Shown here: positions 50,501 through 59,794 of the stretch, piece after piece
Position numbering within the stretch: position 1 is the first letter of the stretch
Layout of the letters: every line of letters starts with the position of its first letter
NCBI GenBank assembly: GCA_964517415.1
Contig: CAZFCA010000002.1
Span: 47,288 to 111,287 of the forward strand
Reading direction: 5' to 3'
Source of the DNA: an uncultured Rhodospirillaceae bacterium
GTDB taxonomy: Bacteria; Pseudomonadota; Alphaproteobacteria; UBA9219
DNA: 64,000 nt
Program-made: the position numbers and the translations under genes
The notes under the pieces: generated by a model
Told to the model about the DNA's origin: nothing
The model's input: only the letters and a program-made list of their open reading frames with translations
The model's database searches: none

Positions 50501-50634
50501 GGGATTTCCAAATGTCACACCGTAACATCACGACACTACACTCGCGGCGTTCATCATGTCAACGGGCAAATTTAATTTTTAAAGGATTGATGCTTCCATC
50601 GCGGTTTATCGCGGCGAGAGCGGCTTAATAGGGA

Positions 50635-50874
50635 TTATCTGCGTTTTTCCATTTTGTCGACGATGTAGCCGGTGCCAGCTCCTACGGCGCCGCCTATCGC
50701 CGCGCCGCAAGCAACGCATCCGCCCGTTAATACCGTTCCGGCGGCACCAATGGCCGTGCCGGCGGCTGCGCCGGAAACCACGCGCTGTTCCTGCCTGCTC
50801 ATATCGGCGCAGCCGGCAAGAGCAGCCAGACTGATGAGGCAGAGGAAGATTGCTGGTGTTTTTGCTGCGGGCAT
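50635..50874 (-). CDS. glycine-zipper (YMGG/17-kDa-antigen-like) small lipoprotein
   Basis: The start was re-derived to the ATG at 50874, which is preceded by AGGAGAG. The lipobox is LAGC. The GxxxG-rich region reads GAAAGTAIGAAGTVLTGG. Confidence 0.6.
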   Translation of the reverse strand: MPAAKTPAIFLCLISLAALAGCADMSRQEQRVVSGAAAGTAIGAAGTVLTGGCVACGAAIGGAVGAGTGYIVDKMEKRR

Positions 50875-50929
50875 GGGCGTCTCTCCTGATAGAGGTTCAG
50901 AAAAAGGGTGACGCATGCTGCCAAGCCTG

Positions 50930-51682
50930 TCAAGGTTGACGGCAAAACTCCGAAATAATATTCCACAATAGGTCCAAATTTGCGGCCGAACTTAATCTAT
51001 GATCGCCGTCCTTTAACAAAAGAACGCAAATGTCTTCCTGCTGGATATGCTCGGCAATCCGGATAGCATGCGGCCACGGGACGGCGCGATCTTTCATCCC
51101 TTGAAGCAAGCGTAAAGGACAGGAAAGTTTAAGCGGCCGTCGCAACACCAGATGCGCACGCGCTTCTTCAATCAATTTTAATTGGATTGGACTTTCGCCG
51201 TCTTGCAGGGCGTCGCCTTCAAAAATCTGCCCGTTTCGAAGCAGGGTATCCTTTTTTTCCTGACTTAATTTTTCCCAGACAAGATCTTCAGTAAAATCGG
51301 GCGCGGCTGCAACGCCGATAAAGGCGCGCGCCCTATCGGGCCTTCGCTCGGCCAGCAGCAGGCCCAGCCACCCGCCCATCGAGGAGCCCACGATAACCTG
51401 CGGGCCTTTCGTCAGTTGATCGAATACAGTGAGCGCATCCTCCAATTTGGAGCCGATGGTGGCATTCGCGAAATCTCCGGTTGACCGCCCCTGTCCCCGG
51501 TAATCGAAGCGCACAAAGGAAAGATTCTCGGTTAACGCTTTTCGCGACAAAAAGGCGGCCTTGTTTCCCTCCATATCCGATGCAAACCCGCCTAGAAAAA
51601 AAATGCCCCCGAGACTTTCTTCGCCAACTTGCCGTTGAAAAGCGATGCTTCCTTCGGGTAGAGTGAGAAACTCGATGGTCAT
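50930..51682 (-). CDS. alpha/beta-fold hydrolase
   Basis: 250 aa. The nucleophile elbow is GSSMGG. Confidence 0.7.
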   Translation of the reverse strand: MTIEFLTLPEGSIAFQRQVGEESLGGIFFLGGFASDMEGNKAAFLSRKALTENLSFVRFDYRGQGRSTGDFANATIGSKLEDALTVFDQLTKGPQVIVGSSMGGWLGLLLAERRPDRARAFIGVAAAPDFTEDLVWEKLSQEKKDTLLRNGQIFEGDALQDGESPIQLKLIEEARAHLVLRRPLKLSCPLRLLQGMKDRAVPWPHAIRIAEHIQQEDICVLLLKDGDHRLSSAANLDLLWNIISEFCRQP

Positions 51683-51706
51683 TTTTGGCCCTTATTTTTC
51701 CCATAT

Positions 51707-52957
51707 ATGCTTTTAGGATCGGATGATAGCGCAATGAGCGATAACGCTTTTAACAGGAATGCGCCGTTTCCGAAACCTCTTTTGAAACGAAATCGGCGCG
51801 ATACGCGCGCGGGCGTATTGCATCTTTGCGCGGATCTGAACTACGGCGATCCGGCGCGTGAAACCGTTACTTTGGCGGTTTTGACTCAGCGGACAGGCTG
51901 GCGCGCCATGATCGCCTCGGGCGGCGGACACATGGTGAGCGAGGCGGAGCGCGCAGCGGTCAAACATGTGCGCGTTCCGCTTGATCGGTCGGGTATTATA
52001 GCAAGGTGGCGCAGACGCCTTCAGCTTGAAGCCATAATCCAAAAAGAACGCCCTGCGCTTATCCATGCGCATGGGGCGGGAACGATAGATATCGGCTGCC
52101 GCTTGAGTTTGCGGCAGCAGCTTCCGCTTCTTATCGATTTGACCCAGCCCTTGCCGGATACTTCCGCCATGCGCCGCATTGTCGCGTGCATGGCGCAGAC
52201 GCCGTGCTGTCTTCGGGCTCCAACACGCGCGATGATCGAGCATTTGGCCTCTGTTTTTCGGCTTAATTCCAAGACCATAAGCCATGTGCCGCCCGGAATT
52301 GATTTGCAGAGCTTTAATGCCGCAGCCATTAGCGCCGAACGCCTGTACAGCCTTAGCCGCCTATGGCGATTGCCGGAACAAGCGTTGGTCATTCTTATGC
52401 CCATGCCCATCGAGCCTAATATGGGCCATTTTACCTTTCTGGAGGCGTTGACGTCGCTGAAGGACGAAAAATTCTATGCCATCATGGTCGGCGACGATTG
52501 TCATGCGCCGGGATTGCGCGCGGAAGTTGAGAAAGAAGTTGAACGCTGCGGATTGAGCGGCAGGGTGATCATGCCCGAATCTTGCCCCGATTGGCCGGCC
52601 GCATTCTGGCTGGCGAACGTGGTTATCGCGCCGAACAGTGTTTCTCGTGGGCAGAATATGGAAATAATCGGCGCGCAGGCCTTGGGGCGGCCGGTGATTG
52701 TCACCGCAGTCGGCGCGAACGAAGAAATGGTTTTGAAAAACGAAACCGCTTGGGTTTTGCCTCCCGACAATTCCGCAGCAATGGCTAAAGCTCTGGGCGA
52801 TGCAGCGCATATGAGCACAGACCAGCAGGTGAACCTTGCCGAAAATACGCGCTATTTTATCGAGGAAAAATTTCCGCAGGCCAACTGGTTCAACGGGATG
52901 ATGGAACTGTATGAATCTCTTTTTTCTTCTCCTTCGCGCGGAGCAAAGCAAATTTAA
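51707..52957 (+). CDS. glycosyltransferase family 4 (GT-B, group 1)
   Basis: The C-terminal GT1 domain has the E-x7-E-like region, VTAVGANEEMV. The N-terminus may start at the internal ATG at 51734. Confidence 0.7.
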   Translation: MLLGSDDSAMSDNAFNRNAPFPKPLLKRNRRDTRAGVLHLCADLNYGDPARETVTLAVLTQRTGWRAMIASGGGHMVSEAERAAVKHVRVPLDRSGIIARWRRRLQLEAIIQKERPALIHAHGAGTIDIGCRLSLRQQLPLLIDLTQPLPDTSAMRRIVACMAQTPCCLRAPTRAMIEHLASVFRLNSKTISHVPPGIDLQSFNAAAISAERLYSLSRLWRLPEQALVILMPMPIEPNMGHFTFLEALTSLKDEKFYAIMVGDDCHAPGLRAEVEKEVERCGLSGRVIMPESCPDWPAAFWLANVVIAPNSVSRGQNMEIIGAQALGRPVIVTAVGANEEMVLKNETAWVLPPDNSAAMAKALGDAAHMSTDQQVNLAENTRYFIEEKFPQANWFNGMMELYESLFSSPSRGAKQI

Positions 52958-53445
52958 ACGACTGCGGCAATGCTGCGCAGTTGAAACATCAGATCGACAG
53001 CGGATCGGGGGACGCGTTGTTTGATCAGCGCGTCGACGCGATTTTGCAATGTCATAAAGCATTTGCGGTATTTCGAGTCCCGCTCGCTTATATCGACGGC
53101 GGCTAGGGGATCGTCCACCGGCCAGTGGACCCTGACGGGGTCGCCCGGCCAATCGGCGTAAAGGGCGCGGGTTTCTTCTGATAGTGTTACGATCACGTCG
53201 ACCAGAACTGAATGCGGAGATTCAAAAAAGCCTTGTATGCTTTTGGGGTAAAGCCCTGCGGCGGAAATGCCGTTTTCTTCCAACAGTTCAAGCGCGCGCG
53301 GATCGGCCTTGGGAAGGATGCGGTATCCGGCGCTGAAGGCGGAAAAACGAAAACCGCCCCTGTTTTTCAATAAACCTTCGGCTAACAGCCCTCGGGCGGC
53401 GTCCCCTGTAGATAGAAATAGCACTGTCGTAGACGCCCGATTCAT
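52954..53445 (-). CDS. ArsC/LMW-PTP-family protein lacking all catalytic cysteines (probable pseudo-phosphatase / anion-binding protein)
   Basis: It aligns with Trx-coupled ArsC over LFLSTGDAARGLLAEG, FSAG and HWPVDDP. The P-loop CX5R retains the Arg, but the nucleophile Cys is Ser. The Cys82 and Cys89 equivalents are absent. Confidence 0.7.
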   Translation of the reverse strand: MNRASTTVLFLSTGDAARGLLAEGLLKNRGGFRFSAFSAGYRILPKADPRALELLEENGISAAGLYPKSIQGFFESPHSVLVDVIVTLSEETRALYADWPGDPVRVHWPVDDPLAAVDISERDSKYRKCFMTLQNRVDALIKQRVPRSAVDLMFQLRSIAAVV

Positions 53446-53648
53446 AATTTCTTCACTTTTTACTGCTTCGGAAACGAATCAATTTCGTTTAATGTAGTTT
53501 CAGTGGATTCCGGCGGTCAATCAGGCGCCCCGCTTTTTCCCGGCGCGTTGCATGAAAGACTCACCTTTTTGGAAAGGAAGAGCTTTCTATTAAAGCCGTC
53601 ACGTATTAGAAATGAATAATCGCTTTGCTTGCAGAGGTATTCTTGATC

Positions 53649-55592
53649 ATGTCGCTTCGACTTACTTTGCCTGATGGCTCTATCAAAGAATTTTCCGGTC
53701 CCGTAACGGGCTTGGACGTAGCCGCATCTATCGGCAAGGGACTTGCGACGGCCGCAATTGCCGTCAAACTGGATGGAGAAATGCGCGATTTAATTCGGCC
53801 GATTGAAAAGGACGCAAAAATTGAAATTGTCACGCGGAAATCTTTAGAAGCGTTGGAGCTTATACGGCATAGCACAGCCCATATTCTTGCCGAGGCTGTA
53901 CAGGAGCTTTTCCCCGGTACGCAGGTCACTATAGGGCCGAGCGTCGAGAACGGCTTCTATTACGATTTTGCTCGCGAGGAGCCCTTCAGTACCGAAGATT
54001 TTCCGAAAATCGAAGCCAAGATGAAAGAGATTGTCGCGAAGGACCAGCCTTTTGTTCGCGAGGAGTGGCCGCGCAAGAAAGCTATCGAGTATTTTGAATC
54101 CAAGGGCGAAGCCTATAAGGTCGAGCTTATTCGCGATCTTCCGGAATCGGAAACCATTTCCGTTTATTCGCAAGGAGCGTGGAAAGATCTGTGCCGTGGT
54201 CCCCAGATGCCTTCGACGGGTAAAGTTGGCACAGCGTTCAAGTTGCTAAAAGTGGCGGGCGCGTATTGGCGGGGCGACAGCAAAAATGCCATGCTTCAGC
54301 GTATTTATGGCACGGCTTGGCGCGATGAAAAGGAGTTAAAAGAATATCTGACGATGATCGAGGAAGCGGAGAAACGTGATCATCGTAAAATCGGCAAAGA
54401 GTTGGGCCTCTTTCATATGCAGGACGAGGCTGCAGGCAGCGTTTTTTGGCATGCCAAGGGTTGGACGCTATATCGCGCGCTGGAAAATTATGTGCGCCGC
54501 CGCATCGCAAAGGAAGGCTATACGGAGGTGCATACGCCCCAGCTTTTCGATAGCTCGCTTTTTAAGGCCTCAGGCCATTGGGATATGTACGGCGATAATA
54601 TGTTTAAGGTTGCCGTTAAATCAGGCGAAAATGCTGATGAAGTAAAATGGCTGGGGTTGAAGCCAATGAACTGCCCGGGGCATGTTCAGATATTCAAGCA
54701 AGGCATTACCAGTTATCGCGATTTGCCAATGCGGATGGCGGAATTCGGCAACTGTCATCGCAACGAGGCGCATGGCGCGATGCACGGCTTGATCCGCGTC
54801 AGGCAAATGGTGCAAGATGACGCGCATATTTTTTGCACGGAAGAGCAGATTCAGGGCGAGAGCCTGGCTTTCTGCGAATTATTGCGCTCAATGTATGCGG
54901 AGCTTGGCTTTGAAGTGGCTCGCGTGCGCTTGGCGGATCGACCCGAAAAACGCACGGGTTCCGACGGCATTTGGGACAAAGCTGAAGGGGCGCTCCACAG
55001 GGCCTTGAAAGAAGCAGGCATTGCTTACGACCTTAACAAGGGAGACGGAGCTTTTTACGGACCGAAAATAGAATTCTATTTGAAAGACGCTATCGGGCGC
55101 GAATGGCAGTGCGGCACGCTTCAGGTCGATTTTAATATGCCCGAAAGACTTGATGCGTCTTATATAGGGGAAGACGGGCAGAAACACCGCCCCGTCATGC
55201 TACACCGCGCAATTTTAGGCTCCTTGCACCGCTTTATCGGCATTCTCATCGAGCATTATGTGGGCAAATTTCCCCTTTGGCTCGCGCCGGTTCAGGCGGT
55301 TGTTTGCACAATCACCAATGATGTGGATGCCTATGCGAATAAGGTATGCAACGTTCTTGCGCAAGCGGGAGTGCGCGTTCAGGCGGACGTTCGGCCAGAA
55401 AAAATCAATGCGAAAATTCGCGACCACAGTTTGCAAAAAGTTCCTCTTATACTCGTGGTGGGCAAAAAAGAAGCCGAGAACGAAACTGTCGCCTTAAGGC
55501 GGCTGGCGGGCGAGGCGCAGGAAGTCTTAAAGTTGGCCGATGCCGTCGCCTTAATATCCCATGAAATCATCCCTCCGGACCTGAAGGGATAG
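53649..55592 (+). CDS. thrS: threonine--tRNA ligase
   Basis: It has the TGS domain, the second additional domain (HxxxH), the class II catalytic core and the anticodon-binding domain. The start was re-derived to the ATG at 53649. Confidence 0.95.
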   Translation: MSLRLTLPDGSIKEFSGPVTGLDVAASIGKGLATAAIAVKLDGEMRDLIRPIEKDAKIEIVTRKSLEALELIRHSTAHILAEAVQELFPGTQVTIGPSVENGFYYDFAREEPFSTEDFPKIEAKMKEIVAKDQPFVREEWPRKKAIEYFESKGEAYKVELIRDLPESETISVYSQGAWKDLCRGPQMPSTGKVGTAFKLLKVAGAYWRGDSKNAMLQRIYGTAWRDEKELKEYLTMIEEAEKRDHRKIGKELGLFHMQDEAAGSVFWHAKGWTLYRALENYVRRRIAKEGYTEVHTPQLFDSSLFKASGHWDMYGDNMFKVAVKSGENADEVKWLGLKPMNCPGHVQIFKQGITSYRDLPMRMAEFGNCHRNEAHGAMHGLIRVRQMVQDDAHIFCTEEQIQGESLAFCELLRSMYAELGFEVARVRLADRPEKRTGSDGIWDKAEGALHRALKEAGIAYDLNKGDGAFYGPKIEFYLKDAIGREWQCGTLQVDFNMPERLDASYIGEDGQKHRPVMLHRAILGSLHRFIGILIEHYVGKFPLWLAPVQAVVCTITNDVDAYANKVCNVLAQAGVRVQADVRPEKINAKIRDHSLQKVPLILVVGKKEAENETVALRRLAGEAQEVLKLADAVALISHEIIPPDLKG

Positions 55593-55595
55593 TCG

Positions 55596-56171
55596 ATGCT
55601 TCGCCCCCTGTATGACTGGATTCTGCGCCAAGCGGAGAAGCCTTACGCCGAATGGATTTTATTCGCGATGGCTTTCGCCGAGGCTTCGTTTTTTCCGATA
55701 CCCCCCGATGTTCTTTTGCTGCCCATGGCCATTGCGCGGCGGGACAGAGCATGGCGATTGGCGGCAGTATGCACTGCAGGCTCTGTGGTTGGGGGGCTTT
55801 TGGGATATGGCATCGGTTATTATGCAATGGCAACGCTTGGCCAGTGGATCGTAGAAACCTATCATTTGCAAAGCGCTTTCCAGACGTTTAGCGAAGAATT
55901 CAATAAATGGGGCGTTATCATCATTCTCGTAAAAGGCCTCACGCCGATTCCTTTCAAGCTGGTGACCATCGCTAGCGGCGTAGCGGGACTTAACATTGTC
56001 GCTTTCAGCCTTGCATGCTTTTTAACCCGCGGCGTCCGCTTTTTCATCGTTTCGGCTTTGGTGCGTAAATTCGGGGAGCCTATCAAGGTATTCATCGAAA
56101 AATATTTGACTTGGGTCGCTTTCGGCGTGCTCATTGCCATTGTTCTTGGTTTTTGGGTCGTGCTCGGATAG
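55596..56171 (+). CDS. YqaA/DedA(VTT)-like inner membrane protein
   Basis: 191 aa with 4-5 TM helices. The motif FFPIPPDVLLLPMA is typical of the YqaA / SNARE-associated family. Confidence 0.6.
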   Translation: MLRPLYDWILRQAEKPYAEWILFAMAFAEASFFPIPPDVLLLPMAIARRDRAWRLAAVCTAGSVVGGLLGYGIGYYAMATLGQWIVETYHLQSAFQTFSEEFNKWGVIIILVKGLTPIPFKLVTIASGVAGLNIVAFSLACFLTRGVRFFIVSALVRKFGEPIKVFIEKYLTWVAFGVLIAIVLGFWVVLG

Positions 56172-56234
56172 AGCCTTATAGCAAACGCTCAATGAGCACA
56201 CCCATATCGCTCGACTTCACTCGCTGTGCGTCTC

Positions 56235-56298
56235 GCTTATCGCTTGCTGGGCATCACTATGGATTCCAGTGGCTTAATAAGTCCAGCGAGCGATAAGC
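56235..56298. repeat. long imperfect inverted repeat (hairpin with a 16-bp stem and one mismatch) in the intergenic region upstream of the sensor kinase
   Basis: GCTTATCGCTTGCTGG at 56235-56250 pairs with CCAGCGAGCGATAAGC at 56283-56298, across a 32-nt loop. Confidence 0.5.
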
Positions 56299-56443
56299 TC
56301 CTCGCAACCGCTTGTGACCTAAACGAGTCAGTGCATTGTGCCGTTGTATTAATTAAATCTTATGAGCGCGCACGGTTGGTAACTTTTTAATAACCATAAT
56401 TTTCTACGATCATTTGCTTTATCTATTCTGCGATTGGCAGGCT

Positions 56444-58957
56444 ATGTCCGCAATTATCGTTCTTAACGAAAACAAGTGCGTTGGATGCAACAAATGCATC
56501 GCTCATTGCCCTGTCGAGGGGGCTAATGTCGCGTATCTGAAGGACGGCCAGAATAAAGTTCGCACGAATTCCCACAAATGCATCCTTTGCGGAAAATGCA
56601 TTGCCGTTTGCGATCATGGCGCGCGCGACTATTACGACGGAACGGACGCCTTTTTCGACGCTTTGGCGCAAGGCGAGAAGATATCGGTCATAGCCGCCCC
56701 TTCGATACGTTTTAATTTCGACAAGTATAAAAAGCTTTTCGGCTTTTTAAAAAGCCGCGGCGTCAATCATATTTATGACGCCTCCTTCGGCGCGGATATA
56801 GCGACGTGGGGTTATCTGAAGGCCATTAAGGAACAGGATTTAAAGTCCGTCATCGCTCAGCCGTGCCCGCCGATAGTCTCGTATATCGAAAAGCATTGCC
56901 CGGAACTGATCGAAAAATTATCCCCTGTGCAAAGCCCCGCGCTTTGCACGGCCATCTATATGAGGAAGCACAAAAACATTTCAGATAAACTGGCTTTTAT
57001 CTCTCCGTGCCTCAGCAAAACCCAGGAATTCGCCGACACGGACAACGTGGTTTCATATAACGTCACCTATAATAAGTTGACGCAATATATGGCCAAGCAA
57101 AAACTGCGCTGCGACATGCAGGTTGAAATGGATTTTGACAGCGAGGAATGCGGGCTGGGGTTGACTTTTTCCCGCCCGGGGGGGCTGAGCGAAAACATCC
57201 ATTATCATACGAAAGGCCAGGCATGGGTCAGACAAATCGAAGGAATTGATAAAGTTTACGATTATCTGGAGGAGTACGCGAAAAGAAAAAAAGACGGGAA
57301 GAAACTGCCGCTTATACTGGATATCCTAAACTGTTCTCACGGGTGCAACATCGGGAACGCGACGTGCCAAACCGCTTGTGTCGACGATGTCGATGAGAAA
57401 ATGCAATGGCTTAAAGAGGAAAAACTAAAAAATGCGGAAAAGGAAAAATTCGGACGCATCGTTTACAGTCTGTTCGAAAAATTCGACAAGGAATTGGATT
57501 GGAGGGATTTTGTTCGCCGTTATGAAGATAAATCCGATTCTCCCGAAGAACAGCGGTTTTTGCCGATTGAATACGATGCCGTCTATAAAACGCTTTACAA
57601 AAACGATCAGGCTAGCCGCAATGTGAACTGTATTTCCTGTGGCTATGGAAATTGCCGCGATTTCGCCACCGCCATATTGAAAGGGGACAATCACCCGGGA
57701 AACTGCATCCGCTATAACAGCGCCATGACGAATGAAGAGCGGCAAAAGAAGGAAGAGAATTTTAGAATAGCCATTGAAAACGCCAACATAGCCAATCGGG
57801 CAAAATCCGAATTTCTGGCCAATATGTCGCACGAGCTAAGAACGCCCTTAAACAGCATTTTGGGAATGAACAAGCTTTTGCAGGGCATGAATCTGTCGGA
57901 AGATCAAAAGGGCCTGATTGACGTGATGTACCGTTCGTCGGTGAATTTGCTGGATCTTGTCAACGATATTCTGGATCTTTCCAAGATCGAAGCCGGCAAG
58001 ATGAGCCTTGAGCGCATCGGGTTCGATCCGGCGTATGTTCTTGATGGCGTCATACATGCAATGAATCCTTTGGCGGACGAAAAGCTGCTGCGGATCGTGA
58101 CTCATTATAACGAAGGAGATTTTCCCTATGTGCTCGGTGATCCTGCGCGTCTTTTGCGCATTTTAATGAATTTGGTCGGGAACGCGGTAAAATACACGGA
58201 AAAGGGACGCGTAGACATCGCCGCTTCATCCAGACGGCTGGACGATATCCGGGTCGAATTGCGTTTCGAGGTCACGGATACCGGCATCGGCATATCCGAA
58301 GAAAAGCAAAAGGGCATTTTTGAAAAATTTGTCCAAGCCGATACGTCAACGACCCGCAAATACGGAGGAACAGGTTTAGGCCTTGCGATCACGAAGGAAT
58401 TGGTCGAGCTGATGGGCGGCATAATCGGGGTGCGCAGCAAAGAAGATGTCGGATCGACGTTTTGGTTTGCCATTCCTTTCGAAATAACGGACAAGCTGCA
58501 CGAGCAGAAATACATGCGTGCTCAAAAAATGCTTCTAGGAACGATTCTGCCTCAGAAGGCGAACATCCTAGTCGCCGAAGACCATCCGTTAAATCAAATC
58601 CTTGTAAGGAAATTGCTTCAAAAATTCGGCATTGGGCATTTTAAAATTGTCGAAAACGGTCAAGAAGTCGTCGATGTTTGGAAGCAGGAAAGCTGGGACG
58701 TTATTCTAATGGACTGTCATATGCCGAAGAAAAGCGGCTATGATGCGACGGAAGAAATACGGCAACTGGAAAAGGAAACAGGGGCGCATACTCCCGTCGT
58801 TGCCATGACCGCGAACGCCATGATCGGAGATCGGGAAAAATGCCTTCGGTGCGGCATGGACGAATATATCAGCAAGCCGATAAACTTTGACGAACTGCAA
58901 AAAATATTAGGCCAATGGATTCACTTGGCCAGCGCGCCGGAAGAGGCGATTAGCTGA
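56444..58957 (+). CDS. hybrid sensor histidine kinase with an N-terminal sensory [FeFe]-hydrogenase-like (HydS-type) domain: 2x[4Fe-4S] ferredoxin motifs, H-cluster domain, Cx2Cx4Cx16C motif, HisKA, HATPase_c, REC
   Basis: The two ferredoxin motifs are CVGCNKCIAHCP and CILCGKCIAVCD. The H-domain motifs read AQPCPPI for TSCCPGW, SPCLSKTQE for MPCxxKxxE, and ILNCSHGCNIG for ExMxCxxGC. A CISCGYGNC-x16-C motif follows. The H-box is MSHELRTPLN. The HATPase N and G boxes read NLVGNAVKYT, DTGIGI and GGTGLGL. The C-terminal receiver has the phospho-acceptor Asp in ILMDCHMP. The first ATG is at 56444; the track start at 56414 is TTG. Confidence 0.8.
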   Translation: MSAIIVLNENKCVGCNKCIAHCPVEGANVAYLKDGQNKVRTNSHKCILCGKCIAVCDHGARDYYDGTDAFFDALAQGEKISVIAAPSIRFNFDKYKKLFGFLKSRGVNHIYDASFGADIATWGYLKAIKEQDLKSVIAQPCPPIVSYIEKHCPELIEKLSPVQSPALCTAIYMRKHKNISDKLAFISPCLSKTQEFADTDNVVSYNVTYNKLTQYMAKQKLRCDMQVEMDFDSEECGLGLTFSRPGGLSENIHYHTKGQAWVRQIEGIDKVYDYLEEYAKRKKDGKKLPLILDILNCSHGCNIGNATCQTACVDDVDEKMQWLKEEKLKNAEKEKFGRIVYSLFEKFDKELDWRDFVRRYEDKSDSPEEQRFLPIEYDAVYKTLYKNDQASRNVNCISCGYGNCRDFATAILKGDNHPGNCIRYNSAMTNEERQKKEENFRIAIENANIANRAKSEFLANMSHELRTPLNSILGMNKLLQGMNLSEDQKGLIDVMYRSSVNLLDLVNDILDLSKIEAGKMSLERIGFDPAYVLDGVIHAMNPLADEKLLRIVTHYNEGDFPYVLGDPARLLRILMNLVGNAVKYTEKGRVDIAASSRRLDDIRVELRFEVTDTGIGISEEKQKGIFEKFVQADTSTTRKYGGTGLGLAITKELVELMGGIIGVRSKEDVGSTFWFAIPFEITDKLHEQKYMRAQKMLLGTILPQKANILVAEDHPLNQILVRKLLQKFGIGHFKIVENGQEVVDVWKQESWDVILMDCHMPKKSGYDATEEIRQLEKETGAHTPVVAMTANAMIGDREKCLRCGMDEYISKPINFDELQKILGQWIHLASAPEEAIS

Positions 58958-59708
58958 CCCTGGCGATCACCGGCATTAAGTTGAGCGCCTCGCGATTTCG
59001 CATAAAGCGCAGTTTTTCGGTTGAACCGTCTTCGTAAAGACCGACCAACGCTTCGCGTTGTGTTAAGGAAATGATGGCCGGAAAATCCGCAATGGGATCC
59101 ACTTCGTCGGCGCAAATTTCTTCGGCCAAATCGAAGCCGAACGACGGCTTTTGAAAAATAAACCTTGGGTGCTTGTCCGAAGGATCATATGCGGCGGCCA
59201 CGATACCGAAGCCTTGATGGGCGAAAACATCCCAACTGCGCTTGTTGCCGACGGAAATTTGCGCAAAGGCGTGGCGGCATATTTGAGTAAAGGGAAGTTC
59301 TAAAGCGAAGGAAACGAGGTGATGGGCGAGACTGTTTCCGCGCCAGTCGGGATGGGAGGCGAGGCTTTTGAAAACGACGACGCTGTCCGTTAAGGCGGCG
59401 TGATGAAAGGCAACGTCGTTATAAGTTATGGCATGCATCGCAAGAGCTTCGCGCAGCGTTAGCGGCCCCATCAAGGCTATATGCGCGACAAGTTTGCCGT
59501 TTGCGCGGATGCCGGCCATTTGCCCTGTCGCGTGCGCAAGAAGATGTTGGAAATAGGCAATATCCCTTTGCAAAATGAAATGCTTTTTATCCGAAGGCAG
59601 CGCGTCGCGCGCAGCGTTCTGTAGGGAGAGAACGTCCGTCAAGTCGGCTTCGCCGAGAACCAAAAGGCGGGCAGGGGTCCCGTTGATCGGAAGTAAAAAG
59701 TCTTTCAT
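58950..59708 (-). CDS. GNAT-family acetyltransferase-like protein with a C-terminal extension
   Basis: 252 aa. The putative acetyl-CoA motif is HPDWRGNSLAHHL. The assignment is weak. Confidence 0.4.
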   Translation of the reverse strand: MKDFLLPINGTPARLLVLGEADLTDVLSLQNAARDALPSDKKHFILQRDIAYFQHLLAHATGQMAGIRANGKLVAHIALMGPLTLREALAMHAITYNDVAFHHAALTDSVVVFKSLASHPDWRGNSLAHHLVSFALELPFTQICRHAFAQISVGNKRSWDVFAHQGFGIVAAAYDPSDKHPRFIFQKPSFGFDLAEEICADEVDPIADFPAIISLTQREALVGLYEDGSTEKLRFMRNREALNLMPVIARVS

Positions 59709-59794
59709 GGTTTTCCGCAGCGTTTCAAAAAGCGAACTTATGACGAGTTTTCTGAAAGTAAAACAAAAACAAGATAAAAAGCCAAAATTATGGC

